DNA of 64,000 nucleotides. Origin: Longimicrobiales bacterium. GTDB taxonomy: Bacteria > Gemmatimonadota > Gemmatimonadetes > Longimicrobiales > Gaopeijiaceae. The stretch covers positions 2,784,001-2,848,000 of the forward strand of contig CBDBCF010000001.1 in NCBI GenBank assembly GCA_965202985.1. The letters run 5' to 3'. A model generated the notes under the pieces. That model did not search any database, was not told the origin of the DNA, and was given only the letters and a program-made list of their open reading frames with translations. Made by a program: the position numbers and the translations under genes. Below are positions 23,453-36,790 of this stretch, in pieces (the stretch's first letter is position 1; each line of letters begins with the position of its first letter).

Positions 23453-24472
23453 TCACGACAAGCAGTCCCGCAGCTTGTGGATCTGGTCGTCGGTGCCCAT
23501 CACGATCAAGTCGTCTCCCGGTTCCAGGGTCGTGTCGGCGCCGGGGTTGAAGGCGATCTCCTCCGTGCCCGAGCCCGCCTTCCGAAGCGCAATCACGACC
23601 ATGCCCGTCCGGGCGGGGAGCCGCGCCTCGGCCAGAGTCGCTCCGGCCAGCCGGGCCCCGGGGCGCACGGCGACCTGCTCCAAGTGCCGCGAAAGCTGGG
23701 GTCCGGGCGCCGTCGCGCCCAAGAACGACGCCACCGAGGGACGCGCCAGCACCGAGGCCACCCAAATCGCTCCCGTCACGTTGGGGCTCACCACGTGGTC
23801 GGCGCCGGCCCGACGCATCTTGGCCACGACCGCGTCGCCTTCGGCTCTGACGACCACGACCAAGGCGGGGTTCAGGTGCCGGGCCGACAAGCACACGAAC
23901 AGGTTGTCGGTGTCGGAAGAGAGGCACGCCACCAGCCCGGCGGCGTTCTCGATTCCAGCCTCGAGCAGGACGCCGTCGTCGGTGGCGTCGTCCTCGACGA
24001 CCAAGGCGCCGGGCCGCGTCTTGCGCAGCGCGCGCACCGCCGCGCCGTCGCGCTCCACCAGCACGCAGGGCTTGCCGGCCTCCTGCAACTCGCGCGCGAC
24101 CTGCCGGCCCATCTCGCCCCCGCCGCACACGACGACGTGATCCCTGCAACGGCTCGCCTTCTTCATCGTTCTGCTTCTCTTGTAGCGTTTTCCGACGTCC
24201 ATGCGGACGACCCAGGACGTGACCAGGGCAAACCACATGCCCAGGCCGGTCAGGCCGCCGCCCAATACGAACATGGTCCAGTACCGTCCGGCGCTGGAAA
24301 GGGGGTGCACCTCGTTGAAGCCGACGGCAGTCTCGGTCGTGACCGTCATGTAGAGGGAGTCTTCCCACGACCAGCCCTCGATCTCCACGTAGCCCGCCGT
24401 GCCCACGATCGTCAACGCGACGAAGTAGCCCAGCACGAACAACAGCCGGGACGCTTCCTGGCCGATCGCCAT
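23453..24472 (-). CDS. Potassium channel family protein (2TM + RCK/TrkA-N + TrkA-C)
   Basis: YMTVTTETAVGFNEVHPLS pore region; HVVVCGGGEMG, DDAT and GADHVVSP RCK motifs; FNPGADT. Confidence 0.85.
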   Translation of the reverse strand: MAIGQEASRLLFVLGYFVALTIVGTAGYVEIEGWSWEDSLYMTVTTETAVGFNEVHPLSSAGRYWTMFVLGGGLTGLGMWFALVTSWVVRMDVGKRYKRSRTMKKASRCRDHVVVCGGGEMGRQVARELQEAGKPCVLVERDGAAVRALRKTRPGALVVEDDATDDGVLLEAGIENAAGLVACLSSDTDNLFVCLSARHLNPALVVVVRAEGDAVVAKMRRAGADHVVSPNVTGAIWVASVLARPSVASFLGATAPGPQLSRHLEQVAVRPGARLAGATLAEARLPARTGMVVIALRKAGSGTEEIAFNPGADTTLEPGDDLIVMGTDDQIHKLRDCLS

Positions 24473-24717
24473 CAGCGGTTGCCCGTAGGCCGTGCGCCCC
24501 GGGCAGCGTGGCGGGTCAGGCTCAGGAGGCGATCCAAGGCGAGACGGGAAGGCGGGAAGGCATGGCGCTGGAGAGGCGGGCAGGGGGGGCTTGAAGTCGG
24601 TGTTGGAATTGGCGAGTTTGCGGACGGCGTGCAATGGCAGGCCGTTGCGCGCCCTTGTTCCTCGAGTGACCCCGTAGCGAGTCACCCACGCCAGAACCCC
24701 CAGGAGAAACCCCACTC

Positions 24718-27507
<2,790 letters not shown>

Positions 27508-27640
27508 CACCGAGTAGGATCACAAGCTGGACGCGGCGAGAGACGCCGCGGTAGACAATCCGGGTGGCAGGGGGTTCGGCGCAGCGTCGCCGAGCCCCTT
27601 GCCGTCGCGCCGGGGTTCGTGCAGGCCAGGAGGACACCGA

Positions 27641-30427
27641 ATGACGAAACGGCAGCGGACCGTCCCGACGGCAGGCGCCGTGATTTCCTTGCTCGCGGCC
27701 GCGGGCTTGGTGTTGGCCGTGCCCGGCCACGTTGCCGCCCAAGGGACGATCGAGGGGCGCGTGAGCGCCGCGGGGACCGGCGCGAGACTGACGGCTGCGC
27801 AAGTATCGTTGACGGATCTTGGCCTGGGCGCCGTCACCGGGCCCCAGGGGCTGTACAGGATCGACGGCGTTCCCGCCGGCACCCACGGCGTCGCGATTCG
27901 CCTCATCGGCTACGGCACCCAGTTGCGCGAGGTGGTCGTGCTCGACGGCGAGACGACCCGCTTGGACGTGGAGCTCTCGCAAGCCGCCGTCGTGCTCGAG
28001 GGGCTGGTGGCGGTGGGGAGCAGGGCCAAGCCCCGGGCGGTCACCGCGTCGCCGGTGCCCGTGGACGCCATCGCCTCGACGGACTTCGCGAATCAGGGAG
28101 ACACGGACCTGAGCAGCCTCCTGCGCAACATCGCCCCGTCGTACAACGTCAACACCCAACCCATCGCGGACGCGGCCACGATCTCCCGGCCCGCGAACCT
28201 GCGCAACTTGGCGCCCGACCACACGCTGGTGCTGGTCAACGGAAAGCGGCGCCACCGGGCCGCTGCGATCGCGTGGTTCGGCAACGGCGTGGCGGACGGC
28301 GCCCAGGGACCGGACATCGCCGTCATCCCGTCGATCGCGCTTCGCCAAGTCGAGATACTGCGTGACGGCGCGTCGGCGCAGTACGGCTCCGACGCCATTG
28401 CCGGCGTCATGAACTTCCAGCTGCGCGACGACCGCTCCGGCGCCAGCCTGGAGGCCCGAACGGGCGCCTACCCCTTCGGTGGGGACGGCCAAGCGTTCAC
28501 GGTGGCCGGCAACGTGGGGCTGCCGCTGGGAGACGCGGGGTTCGCCAACCTCAGCGGCGAGTACGGCAACGCCGGACCCACCAGCCGGAGCGTGCAGCGG
28601 GACGACGCGGCGGCGCTGATCATGGCCGGAAACGCCGACGTGGCGACGCCGTCCCAGGTCTGGGGCTCCCCGGACGTGGCCGACGACGTGAAGCTGTGGG
28701 GGCACTTCGGGACGTTCCTTGGCGACGGCGTTCAGCTCTACGGCCACGGAAACTACGCCGCCAAGACCGTGGTGGGCGGCTTCTTCTTCCGAAACCCCAA
28801 CGAACGGCAGGCGATCTACAGCAACGACCAGGGGCGCACGCTCCTCGTCGCCGACATGCTGGACGCCCAGGACGGCGTGCTGGACGGCTCGGCCGACTGC
28901 CCGGTTGTTCGGATCGTGGGCGGCGTGCCGGACCCGGTCGCCTTCGGGCAGGTGAAGGACGACCCCAACTGCTTCTCGTTCCAGGAGATCCTGCCCGGCG
29001 GCTACACCCCCCAGTTCGGCGCCGACATGCTTGACGGTTCCGTGGTGACCGGCCTGAAGGGCGAGACCGGCTCCGGGATGCTCTGGGACGCCAGCGCCGG
29101 ATTCGGCAGCAACCGACTGGACTTCTTCATCGACCAGACGACCAACGCATCGCTGGGCCCGGCCACGCCGCTCCACTTCGAGCTGGGATCGTACCAGCAG
29201 CAGGAGCTCAACTTCAACGCGGACGTGTCCTACGCGGTCGGCGACGTGGTCAACGTGGCCGGCGGCGGCGAGTGGCGCGACGAGCGCTTCGAGATCGGCG
29301 GCGGCCAGGAAGAGTCCTGGGTGTTCGGACCGTTGGCGGCACAGGGCTTCCGGGCGGCGTCCGACGGCTTTCCCGGCTTCGGCCCTCTGGCCGTGGGCGA
29401 TTGGAGCCGGTCCAACTACGCCTTCTACGGCGACGTGGAGATGCGCGATCCGGACCAGGACCGCTGGACCGTTGGCGGCGCGGTCCGCTTCGAGACCTTC
29501 TCCGACTTCGGGCGCACGTTCAATTACAAGCTGGCGGGACGCTACGGGCTCAGCGACGCTGCGGGGGTGCGGGGCAGCGTCAGCACCGGCTTTCGCGCGC
29601 CCACGCCGGGTCAGCAGAACGCCTTCAACGTGACCACCGAGTTCGACAGGGAGATCAATGCGCCCGTCAACAAGGCCACGATCGCTTCCACCTCGCCCGT
29701 CGCGCGTTTGCGGGGCGGCAAACAGCTGCAGCCGGAGGAATCCGTCAACTTGGCGCTGGGCGCCGTGGTGGGTCTGGACGCGCTGAACCTGACCGTGGAC
29801 TACTTCCGAATCAGCGTGACCCAGCGGATATCGCTGACCCAGGACCTGCGGCTCGCGCCGTCCGAGGTGGAGCAGCTGCTGGCGGAAGGGATCACCGTCG
29901 CGGGAAACGTGCGGGACTTCCGATTCTTCACCAACGACTTCGACACGCGGACGCAAGGCGTGGACATCGTGGCAACCTACGAACCCGAAGCGTTGCGCGG
30001 CACGACCACCTTCACCTTCCTCTTCAACCACACCGACACCGAAGTCACCAGCTTCAGCCCCGACGTCATCGACGCTCGGCGGATTCGGGAGCTCCGGGAA
30101 GCGTTGCCCAAGACCCGCTGGAACTTGTCGGCTCAACATGCGCCCGGCCGCTGGCGCTTCTTGGCACGGCTCAACTACTACGGCGGATGGTACGACTCGG
30201 AGGACGCCCACTTCTACCAAGGCGACGCGACCGCGGACATGGAGGCGGCGTACTCCTTGGGCGAATTCGCCAACGTGGCGGTGGGCGGACGGAACGTGTT
30301 CAACGAGCTCCCGGGCCCGAACCCGCAGGCGGCGTTGGTCGGCAACCCGTACAGCCAGTACTCGCCCTACGGCTTCAACGGGGCGTATTTCTACGTGCGG
30401 ATGAACTACAGGTGGAGCTGGGAGTAG
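27641..30427 (+). CDS. TonB-dependent receptor, paralog 2
   Basis: Same architecture and plug motifs as paralog 1; RBS AGGAGG before ATG 27641. Confidence 0.92.
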   Translation: MTKRQRTVPTAGAVISLLAAAGLVLAVPGHVAAQGTIEGRVSAAGTGARLTAAQVSLTDLGLGAVTGPQGLYRIDGVPAGTHGVAIRLIGYGTQLREVVVLDGETTRLDVELSQAAVVLEGLVAVGSRAKPRAVTASPVPVDAIASTDFANQGDTDLSSLLRNIAPSYNVNTQPIADAATISRPANLRNLAPDHTLVLVNGKRRHRAAAIAWFGNGVADGAQGPDIAVIPSIALRQVEILRDGASAQYGSDAIAGVMNFQLRDDRSGASLEARTGAYPFGGDGQAFTVAGNVGLPLGDAGFANLSGEYGNAGPTSRSVQRDDAAALIMAGNADVATPSQVWGSPDVADDVKLWGHFGTFLGDGVQLYGHGNYAAKTVVGGFFFRNPNERQAIYSNDQGRTLLVADMLDAQDGVLDGSADCPVVRIVGGVPDPVAFGQVKDDPNCFSFQEILPGGYTPQFGADMLDGSVVTGLKGETGSGMLWDASAGFGSNRLDFFIDQTTNASLGPATPLHFELGSYQQQELNFNADVSYAVGDVVNVAGGGEWRDERFEIGGGQEESWVFGPLAAQGFRAASDGFPGFGPLAVGDWSRSNYAFYGDVEMRDPDQDRWTVGGAVRFETFSDFGRTFNYKLAGRYGLSDAAGVRGSVSTGFRAPTPGQQNAFNVTTEFDREINAPVNKATIASTSPVARLRGGKQLQPEESVNLALGAVVGLDALNLTVDYFRISVTQRISLTQDLRLAPSEVEQLLAEGITVAGNVRDFRFFTNDFDTRTQGVDIVATYEPEALRGTTTFTFLFNHTDTEVTSFSPDVIDARRIRELREALPKTRWNLSAQHAPGRWRFLARLNYYGGWYDSEDAHFYQGDATADMEAAYSLGEFANVAVGGRNVFNELPGPNPQAALVGNPYSQYSPYGFNGAYFYVRMNYRWSWE

Positions 30428-33174
30428 GGATTCGGGCGGCCGCGGCGTTGTTGGTCGCGGCGCTCCTGGGGGTGCCTTCCGTCGTTTCGGGCCAAGCGCC
30501 CGGCAGGGTCGAGGGCGTGGTGCGGGACGCGGCCACGGGGCGAGCGCTGGCCGGGGCGCAGGTGTCCTTGGCGGAGGCGGGCATGGGCGGCACCGCCGGG
30601 CCGGAGGGACGCTACCAGGTGGACGGCGTGCCGGCGGGCACGCATCAAGTCGAGTTCCACGCGATCGGCTATCGATCGGAGCGCCGGGAGGTCGTGGTCG
30701 CTGCCGGTCGGACCGCGCGGCTGGATGTGCTCATGGCCCCGGCCGCCATTGCCCTGGAGGGCGTGGTGGCCGTGGGAAGTCGAGCCCGTCAGCGAACCGC
30801 GACCGAGTCGATGGTGCCGATCGACGCCATCGCCGCCGCCGACTTCGCCGACCAGGGCGACACGGACTTGGGCGACTTGCTCCGCACGGTGGTGCCGTCG
30901 TACAACGTGAACCCGCAGGCCACCGGCGACGCGGCCCGCATCGTGCGGCCGGCGAACCTTCGTGGGCTGGCGCCCGACCACACCTTGGTCCTGGTCAACG
31001 GCAAGCGGCGCCACAGGGGATCGGTCATTACGTGGATCGGGAACGGCGTGTCCGACGGCGCCCAGGGCGCGGACGTCTCGGCGATCCCCGCTTTGGCGCT
31101 GCGCCAAGCCGAGGTGCTGCGCGACGGAGCGTCGGCCCAGTACGGCTCCGACGCCATTGCGGGCGTGCTGAACTTCCAGCTCAAGGACGCGCCGTCGGGC
31201 GGTGCGCTGGTGGTGCGGGGCGGGCGCTTCGGCGACGGCGGCGGGGAAGGGTACACGGTGTCCGGCAACGTGGGGCTCCCCCTGGGCGAGTCCGGGTTCG
31301 CGAACTTGACCGCCGAGTACGGCGCCTCCGAACCGTCCAGCCGGAGCGTACAGCGGGACGACGCCTTGCTGCTCGTGACCGCCGGCAACCGCCACGTCCG
31401 CGACCCGGCCCAGATCTGGGGCGCGCCCACCGTCGACGACGACCTCAAGCTGTGGGGCAACTTCGGAGGCTTCGCCGGCGAGAGCGTCCAGCTGTACGGC
31501 CACGCCAACTACAACCAGGAACGCGTCGAGGGCGGGTTCTTCTTCCGCAACCCGAACACCAGGGCGGGCGTGTTCAGCTTGGACGGCGGCCAGACGCTGC
31601 TGATCGGCGACGCCTTGGACGCACGGGACGGCGTGGCGGACGGCTCCGCGGGCTGTCCCGTGGTTGCAGTGACCAACGGTCTGCCGGACCCCGAGGCCTT
31701 GGCCCTAGTCTTTGCCGATCCGAACTGCTTCTCCTTCCAGGAAATGTTCCCCGGCGGCTTCACGCCCCAGTTCGGCGGAGACGCCAGCGACGGCTCCGTG
31801 GTCGTGGGCGCGAAGGGACAGGCCGGCCGGCTGGCTTGGGACGCCAGCGCCAGCATCGGCTTCAACCAAGTGGACTACTACATCTACAACACGGTCAACG
31901 CCTCGCTGGGACCGGACACGCCCTCCGAGTTCGACCCCGGCGCCAACCGGCAACAGGACGCCAGCGTGAACATGGACTTGGGCTACGCCGCCAGCGATCT
32001 GCTGTACGTTGCCGCGGGGGCCGAGTGGCGGGACGAGTACTTCGAGATCGGCCTGGGGGAAGACGCTTCGTGGCAGATCGGACCCTACGCGGCGCAGGGG
32101 TTCAGCGCGGGCTCGAACGGGTTCCCGGGTTTCAGCGACATCGCGCAGGGCGGATGGCACCGGGCCAACGCCGCCGTCTACGCCGACGCCGAGTTCCGTG
32201 ATCCGGAGGACGGGCGCTGGGCGCTGGGGGCCGCAGTTCGCTTCGAGAACTTTGCCGGATTCGGGGCGACCAGGACCGGCAAGCTCGCGGGGCGCGTGGG
32301 CGTCGGGGGCGGCGTCGGGCTTCGCGCCAGCGCCAGCACCGGCTTTCGGGCGCCCACGCCGGGCCAGCAGAACGCTTTCAACGTCTCGACGCAGTTCGAC
32401 CGGCAGCTGCGGGACTTGGTGAACAACGGCACGATCCCCTCGACCTCCGAGGTGGCCAAGCTGCGGGGCGGCGTGCCGCTGGAGCCCGAAGAGTCCGTGA
32501 ACCTGGGCGTGGGGGCCGTGCTGGAGCGAGGCGGATTCAGCCTGTCCGCGGACTACTTTCGCATCGTCCTGTCCGACCGAATCGCCCTGACCCGGGTGTT
32601 CAAGCTGACGGACCAGGAGCAGGACCGACTTGTGGCGGAAGGGATCACCAGTGCGCGCAACCTGCAGAACTTTCGCTTCTTCACCAACGACTTCGAGACG
32701 CGCACGCAGGGCTTCGACGTGGTGGCCGCCTGGGCGCCGTCGCAGGCTGGGGGCGGCGCCGAGTTCAGCTTTGTACTCAACCACACGGACACCAAGGTGA
32801 CGAAGCACGCGCCGGACGTGCTGAACGAGACCCGCATCAGGCAGCTGGAAGAGGGCCTTCCGCGCACGCGGTGGAACGTGACGGCCCGGCGAGAGTTCGG
32901 AGGCGTGGCCGTGCTGGGCCGGGCCAGCAGCTACGCCGGCTGGTTCGACGCCCGCGACGACCGACCCTACGGCGGAACCGTGCTGGTGGACTTGGAGGCG
33001 TCGTTCTCCGTCGGCGAGTCGCTGCGGCTGACCGTCGGCGGCGACAACGCCCTCAACCGCTACCCGGACAACAACCCCGACGCCGGCTTCTCCGGCAACC
33101 GCTACAGCCCCACGTCGCCCTTTGGTTCCAACGGCGGCTACTACTACGCCCGACTGGCCTACCGCTGGAACTGA
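30412..33174 (+). CDS. TonB-dependent receptor, paralog 3
   Basis: Same architecture; GTG at 30412 gives a signal peptide (start approximate); ends YRWN. Confidence 0.9.
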   Translation: MELGVGIRAAAALLVAALLGVPSVVSGQAPGRVEGVVRDAATGRALAGAQVSLAEAGMGGTAGPEGRYQVDGVPAGTHQVEFHAIGYRSERREVVVAAGRTARLDVLMAPAAIALEGVVAVGSRARQRTATESMVPIDAIAAADFADQGDTDLGDLLRTVVPSYNVNPQATGDAARIVRPANLRGLAPDHTLVLVNGKRRHRGSVITWIGNGVSDGAQGADVSAIPALALRQAEVLRDGASAQYGSDAIAGVLNFQLKDAPSGGALVVRGGRFGDGGGEGYTVSGNVGLPLGESGFANLTAEYGASEPSSRSVQRDDALLLVTAGNRHVRDPAQIWGAPTVDDDLKLWGNFGGFAGESVQLYGHANYNQERVEGGFFFRNPNTRAGVFSLDGGQTLLIGDALDARDGVADGSAGCPVVAVTNGLPDPEALALVFADPNCFSFQEMFPGGFTPQFGGDASDGSVVVGAKGQAGRLAWDASASIGFNQVDYYIYNTVNASLGPDTPSEFDPGANRQQDASVNMDLGYAASDLLYVAAGAEWRDEYFEIGLGEDASWQIGPYAAQGFSAGSNGFPGFSDIAQGGWHRANAAVYADAEFRDPEDGRWALGAAVRFENFAGFGATRTGKLAGRVGVGGGVGLRASASTGFRAPTPGQQNAFNVSTQFDRQLRDLVNNGTIPSTSEVAKLRGGVPLEPEESVNLGVGAVLERGGFSLSADYFRIVLSDRIALTRVFKLTDQEQDRLVAEGITSARNLQNFRFFTNDFETRTQGFDVVAAWAPSQAGGGAEFSFVLNHTDTKVTKHAPDVLNETRIRQLEEGLPRTRWNVTARREFGGVAVLGRASSYAGWFDARDDRPYGGTVLVDLEASFSVGESLRLTVGGDNALNRYPDNNPDAGFSGNRYSPTSPFGSNGGYYYARLAYRWN

Positions 33175-34723
33175 CCTTCAGCAGCGCGCCGTCGGCGAAC
33201 TCCGCCACCAATTGGACGCCGGGCAGGGCAAGCAGGTCGGACATGTCGTAGTCGACGCCGGCGCAGTAGGCCCGGCCCTCTTCGGCCTGGGAAGGGAAGA
33301 ACAGAATGTAGGCGTCGGCGCCCAGGCCCGAAAGGAAGAACTCTCGCCAAGTGCTCCGTTGGCATGGGATGTACCTGTGACTCGGCGGCGTGGTCGTGTG
33401 GATGTAGGCGGCGGCGGCGTCGTTGCTGACCAGGGTTCTGGACAGTCCGTGCTCGCGCACGTAGCGCAGCGCGTCGGAGTTCGTCCACCGTGGCGCTGCG
33501 TAACCATGATCGAAGCCGGCCAACGCTTTCTTCGTCGTAGGAACAAGGGCCGCTGCCTGCGGCAGCACGAGGATCAGACAGGCCACGGACGCGACGAAGC
33601 GACGTCGGCGACTCCCTGCGTTGCGGGGCAGGTCCACCGCCAGCAGCGCCGCCAGCAAGAAAGACATGTACACGGGGACGAAGAAACGCGGGAGCAACTG
33701 GTGCGTTGCGCCCCACATGACGGCTGGGACAAGCAGCACGACTTGCGCCAGCCCGTAGCCCCCAAAGAGCGCGACGGACGCACCGTTCGCGGGCTGGCCC
33801 GCCCCCGGGCGGCGGCGACCCGTCCGTCGCCCCTGCACAGCCAGTGCAAGCAGGACGATCGCCAGGGCGCCGGCGACCAGCCCCAGAAGCCCGGGCAGCC
33901 AGCCTATGTAAGCCGCCATGTCGGAAGCGAGGTTCACGCCTTGGTCCAGAACTTCCGCCAATGACGGGTCGCCGTATTTGCGGCGGCCTGTCCATGTATC
34001 CGCCACGACCCGGCTGCGGAACGCCCACGCGCACACGGGAAGGCAGGAGACGACGGCGAAGACCGCGATCCGCTTCAGCCTCTCGGTCGAAGCAACGCCA
34101 CGGCGAAACCCAACCACCGCCACCACGACCGGAACAAGCACGACGCCGAAGAACCGGCAAAGGCAAGCCAGAGCGGCGAACACGGCCGCCCACGCCAAAC
34201 AGCGCCGGCTCCGCCTCTGCTCCGCAGTGCGGATGGATTCGTCGACCTTGATCAAGGACAGCGTCGACAGCAGAACGAAGGCCGTTTCGTTCATCGCCCA
34301 CGTGCCTGCCCAAATCAATGGAGCGGAAAACGCAACCGCAAGGCAGCCGACCACGGCAAGAGACGGTGCCTTCAGCCGTCTGCGCATCCACCGGCCGGTC
34401 GCGAATACGGTCGCTCCCAACAGCACCGCGTTCAAGGGGCCGGCTACGGCGCGAGGGTCGAAGACGAACAGGCTTGCGGCGGCAAGCATCGTCGGATACA
34501 GAGGCGGAAAGGTTCGGTACGGGCGGCCGTCGAACCGGACGAATCCGTCGCCCGACAACAGGTTCCTTGCCGTGCCGACGTAGTTGACGGAGTCCCAGTC
34601 CAATGCAACCCCGTGACCGAACTGTTGCAACAGCACGAGTCCGGCCCCGGTCGCCGACAGCAGCGCAAGGAAGACGCCGAAGCGGCCCGGCGGCCGCAAA
34701 GGCCAACCTCTGGTCGGGTTCAT
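33053..34723 (-). CDS. ArnT/PMT-like (GT-C fold) membrane glycosyltransferase
   Basis: DSVNY in the first loop, FPPLYP, NETAF, ACLCRFFG, PRFFVPVY; many TM helices; 3' end overlaps TBDR3 convergently. Confidence 0.65.
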   Translation of the reverse strand: MNPTRGWPLRPPGRFGVFLALLSATGAGLVLLQQFGHGVALDWDSVNYVGTARNLLSGDGFVRFDGRPYRTFPPLYPTMLAAASLFVFDPRAVAGPLNAVLLGATVFATGRWMRRRLKAPSLAVVGCLAVAFSAPLIWAGTWAMNETAFVLLSTLSLIKVDESIRTAEQRRSRRCLAWAAVFAALACLCRFFGVVLVPVVVAVVGFRRGVASTERLKRIAVFAVVSCLPVCAWAFRSRVVADTWTGRRKYGDPSLAEVLDQGVNLASDMAAYIGWLPGLLGLVAGALAIVLLALAVQGRRTGRRRPGAGQPANGASVALFGGYGLAQVVLLVPAVMWGATHQLLPRFFVPVYMSFLLAALLAVDLPRNAGSRRRRFVASVACLILVLPQAAALVPTTKKALAGFDHGYAAPRWTNSDALRYVREHGLSRTLVSNDAAAAYIHTTTPPSHRYIPCQRSTWREFFLSGLGADAYILFFPSQAEEGRAYCAGVDYDMSDLLALPGVQLVAEFADGALLKVSSSGRPVGRSSSRRWNQRATWGCSGCRRSRRRGCCPGSG

Positions 34724-34915
34724 GCTTGTTCCGCTCCTTGAAGCGACTCCGGCTCGATTCGTCGGACCCGGACGGCACCAAACTTGGATCGGCCACGATA
34801 GCGTTTGACCGCGCGTTGCTCAACGGCGGCCCGAGGCGCGCCCTGTTGGGGCTTGCCTCCGCGCACCATAGATTCCAGGGTGGCGGAGAGTTTCAGGAGG
34901 CGACTTTCGGAGAGG

Positions 34916-36790
34916 ATGAACGTGCGACGCCCAGACGAAGGCGGGTCCACGACGTCCGAACTGCCTCTTCTGCATCGGGCGGCCGTGGCCTACCTCGTCT
35001 TGCCGTTTGTCGTCTGGCTCGTCGGCTGGTTTCGCTGGGAGGTCGGCGTGCCGCTGGCGCTTCTCCTTGCCGCGGGCTTGCGGAGAGCGCTCGCAGGCGG
35101 CTGGAGGGTTTCCAAGCCATCCCGCGCGTCGGTAGCCGTGCTGCTTGCGGCCGCCGCGTGGATCGCCACAACGCCGGCCTTTGGTCTCTTCCAAGGCCAT
35201 TCCGACTGGATCATTCACCGAGCCGTGCTGCTCGATCTGGTCCGGGGCGAATGGCCCACCTACTTGGCCGGCTACGTCGACAACCCACCGCTGTTGCGCT
35301 ACTACCTCGGGTGGTACATGGCGCCGGCGCTGACGGGTCGTTGGCTGGGCGCCTGGGCCCTGAACTGGGCGGTGCCATTGTGGACATGGTGCGGCATTTC
35401 CTTGGCGCTGCTGCTCTTCGCCCGAGGCCTGCGCACTACGGGCGCGGCGCTTGCAGGCGCGGCGGTGCTGATCTTGTTCGGCGGCATGGACATGGCCGAG
35501 CACGCCCTGCGCGAAGGCGTGCCGGAGACGGCTAGCCGCTTGTTGGGTGCGCCCGATCGCGACTCGACCGAGGTCGTCAGGCCCTTCGGATTCGTTCGCG
35601 CCGGTGACAGCCCCATGATGCTGGACTACCAATCGAACCACATGACGTTGCTGGCGACCCCTCAGCACTTCATCCCCGGGGCGGTGGCGGCACTCTTGAT
35701 CCTTCAAGCGGGCGGCCGCCGGCGCTTCTTGGCGGTCCTCGGCATTGTCTTGGCGGCCTGCGTCTTCTGGTCGACGCTTCTCTCGACGGGCTTGCTGCCC
35801 TTGGCGGCCGCCGCGGCGCTTCGGAGAGGACGCATTCGCTCCTTGCTCACTTGGCAAAACACTGTGCTGGCGGTCGCTCTGGCGGGCGTGCTGGCGCTGT
35901 ATTTGACGAGCGGCGATGTGGACTATCCGCGGGGCTGGCTCTGGAGTCTGTACGACAGCAAGCTTCGGATGACGGCCGATCTGCTGTTTCTCTACGCGAG
36001 CGAGTTTCTGGTGCTGGTGTTCCTCCTGTGGCGGCTGGATCCGGATGTGGTACGACAGCCGATCTTCGTTGCGTCGGTGGGCGTGTTGCTGGTTATGCCC
36101 TGGTTCTACTACGGGGGCACGCGTTTCGACGAATGGGGCATCCGGTTCGTGGTGCCGTCTCTGGTCGTCGTTTCCAGCTTCACCGCCCGCGCGTTGGTCG
36201 CGGGCTGGCCCAGGGGACCTGCGGGTCGCCGGCCGAGAGCGGCGTTCGGCGCATTGCTTGCGGTGCTGGGGGTCGGCGTGCTCACCTGGGTTGTCGATGC
36301 CGGGCCAGCGATTGCCCACCCCCAATGGCGGCTGCCCTTCGAGCGCGCGGAAGCTTCTCTGTTGGTCGACGGCAGCTCCCGGGGAGTTCGACAACGAACC
36401 AGCGTTGCCGTCCCCGAACTGCTCGACGCCGTGCTCAGGAAGTCCGGCGTCTCGGCCCCTCCCGGTCGTCTGCTGATTCGGTCGGCGTACGACGTGTACC
36501 TGGAAAACGACCGCTTGGTGTACGTGAAGCAGAACTGCTTGCCGGAAGACCACGCCGACTTCTTCTTGGAGGTCCATCCCCAAGACGCGAAGGCGTTGCC
36601 CGCCGACCTGCAGCGTGTGGGATACGAGACGCTGCACTTTCGTCTGGAGCCGTGGGAGCACCTCAAGCGCGGCGCGTGCATCGTGCCCAGCAGGCCGTTC
36701 GGCTACGCCGCGGCGCGGATCACGACTGGGCAGTTCGTGTCGGGCGAGGGACGGATCTGGGAGGCCGAGGCGGCGATCGGTCGGCCGTAG
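34916..36790 (+). CDS. Multi-pass membrane protein (possible GT-C type) with a C-terminal soluble beta domain
   Basis: DWIIHRAVLLDL, LRYYLGWY, PQHFIPG; about 12 hydrophobic segments; tail LIRSAYDVYLENDRLVYVKQNC...FFLEVHP...ITTGQF...IWE. Confidence 0.6.
   Translation: MNVRRPDEGGSTTSELPLLHRAAVAYLVLPFVVWLVGWFRWEVGVPLALLLAAGLRRALAGGWRVSKPSRASVAVLLAAAAWIATTPAFGLFQGHSDWIIHRAVLLDLVRGEWPTYLAGYVDNPPLLRYYLGWYMAPALTGRWLGAWALNWAVPLWTWCGISLALLLFARGLRTTGAALAGAAVLILFGGMDMAEHALREGVPETASRLLGAPDRDSTEVVRPFGFVRAGDSPMMLDYQSNHMTLLATPQHFIPGAVAALLILQAGGRRRFLAVLGIVLAACVFWSTLLSTGLLPLAAAAALRRGRIRSLLTWQNTVLAVALAGVLALYLTSGDVDYPRGWLWSLYDSKLRMTADLLFLYASEFLVLVFLLWRLDPDVVRQPIFVASVGVLLVMPWFYYGGTRFDEWGIRFVVPSLVVVSSFTARALVAGWPRGPAGRRPRAAFGALLAVLGVGVLTWVVDAGPAIAHPQWRLPFERAEASLLVDGSSRGVRQRTSVAVPELLDAVLRKSGVSAPPGRLLIRSAYDVYLENDRLVYVKQNCLPEDHADFFLEVHPQDAKALPADLQRVGYETLHFRLEPWEHLKRGACIVPSRPFGYAAARITTGQFVSGEGRIWEAEAAIGRP

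Noticed and set aside
24635..24690. Sigma54-like TGGCA...TTGC and a GTGAC-N10-GTCAC palindrome upstream of TBDR1
   Set aside because: GG-GC spacing is one base short of the sigma54 requirement, and the palindrome is too short to call.
29272..30411. N-terminal extension of the TBDR3 ORF
   Set aside because: Lies inside TBDR2 in a shifted frame; a signal peptide begins near 30412.
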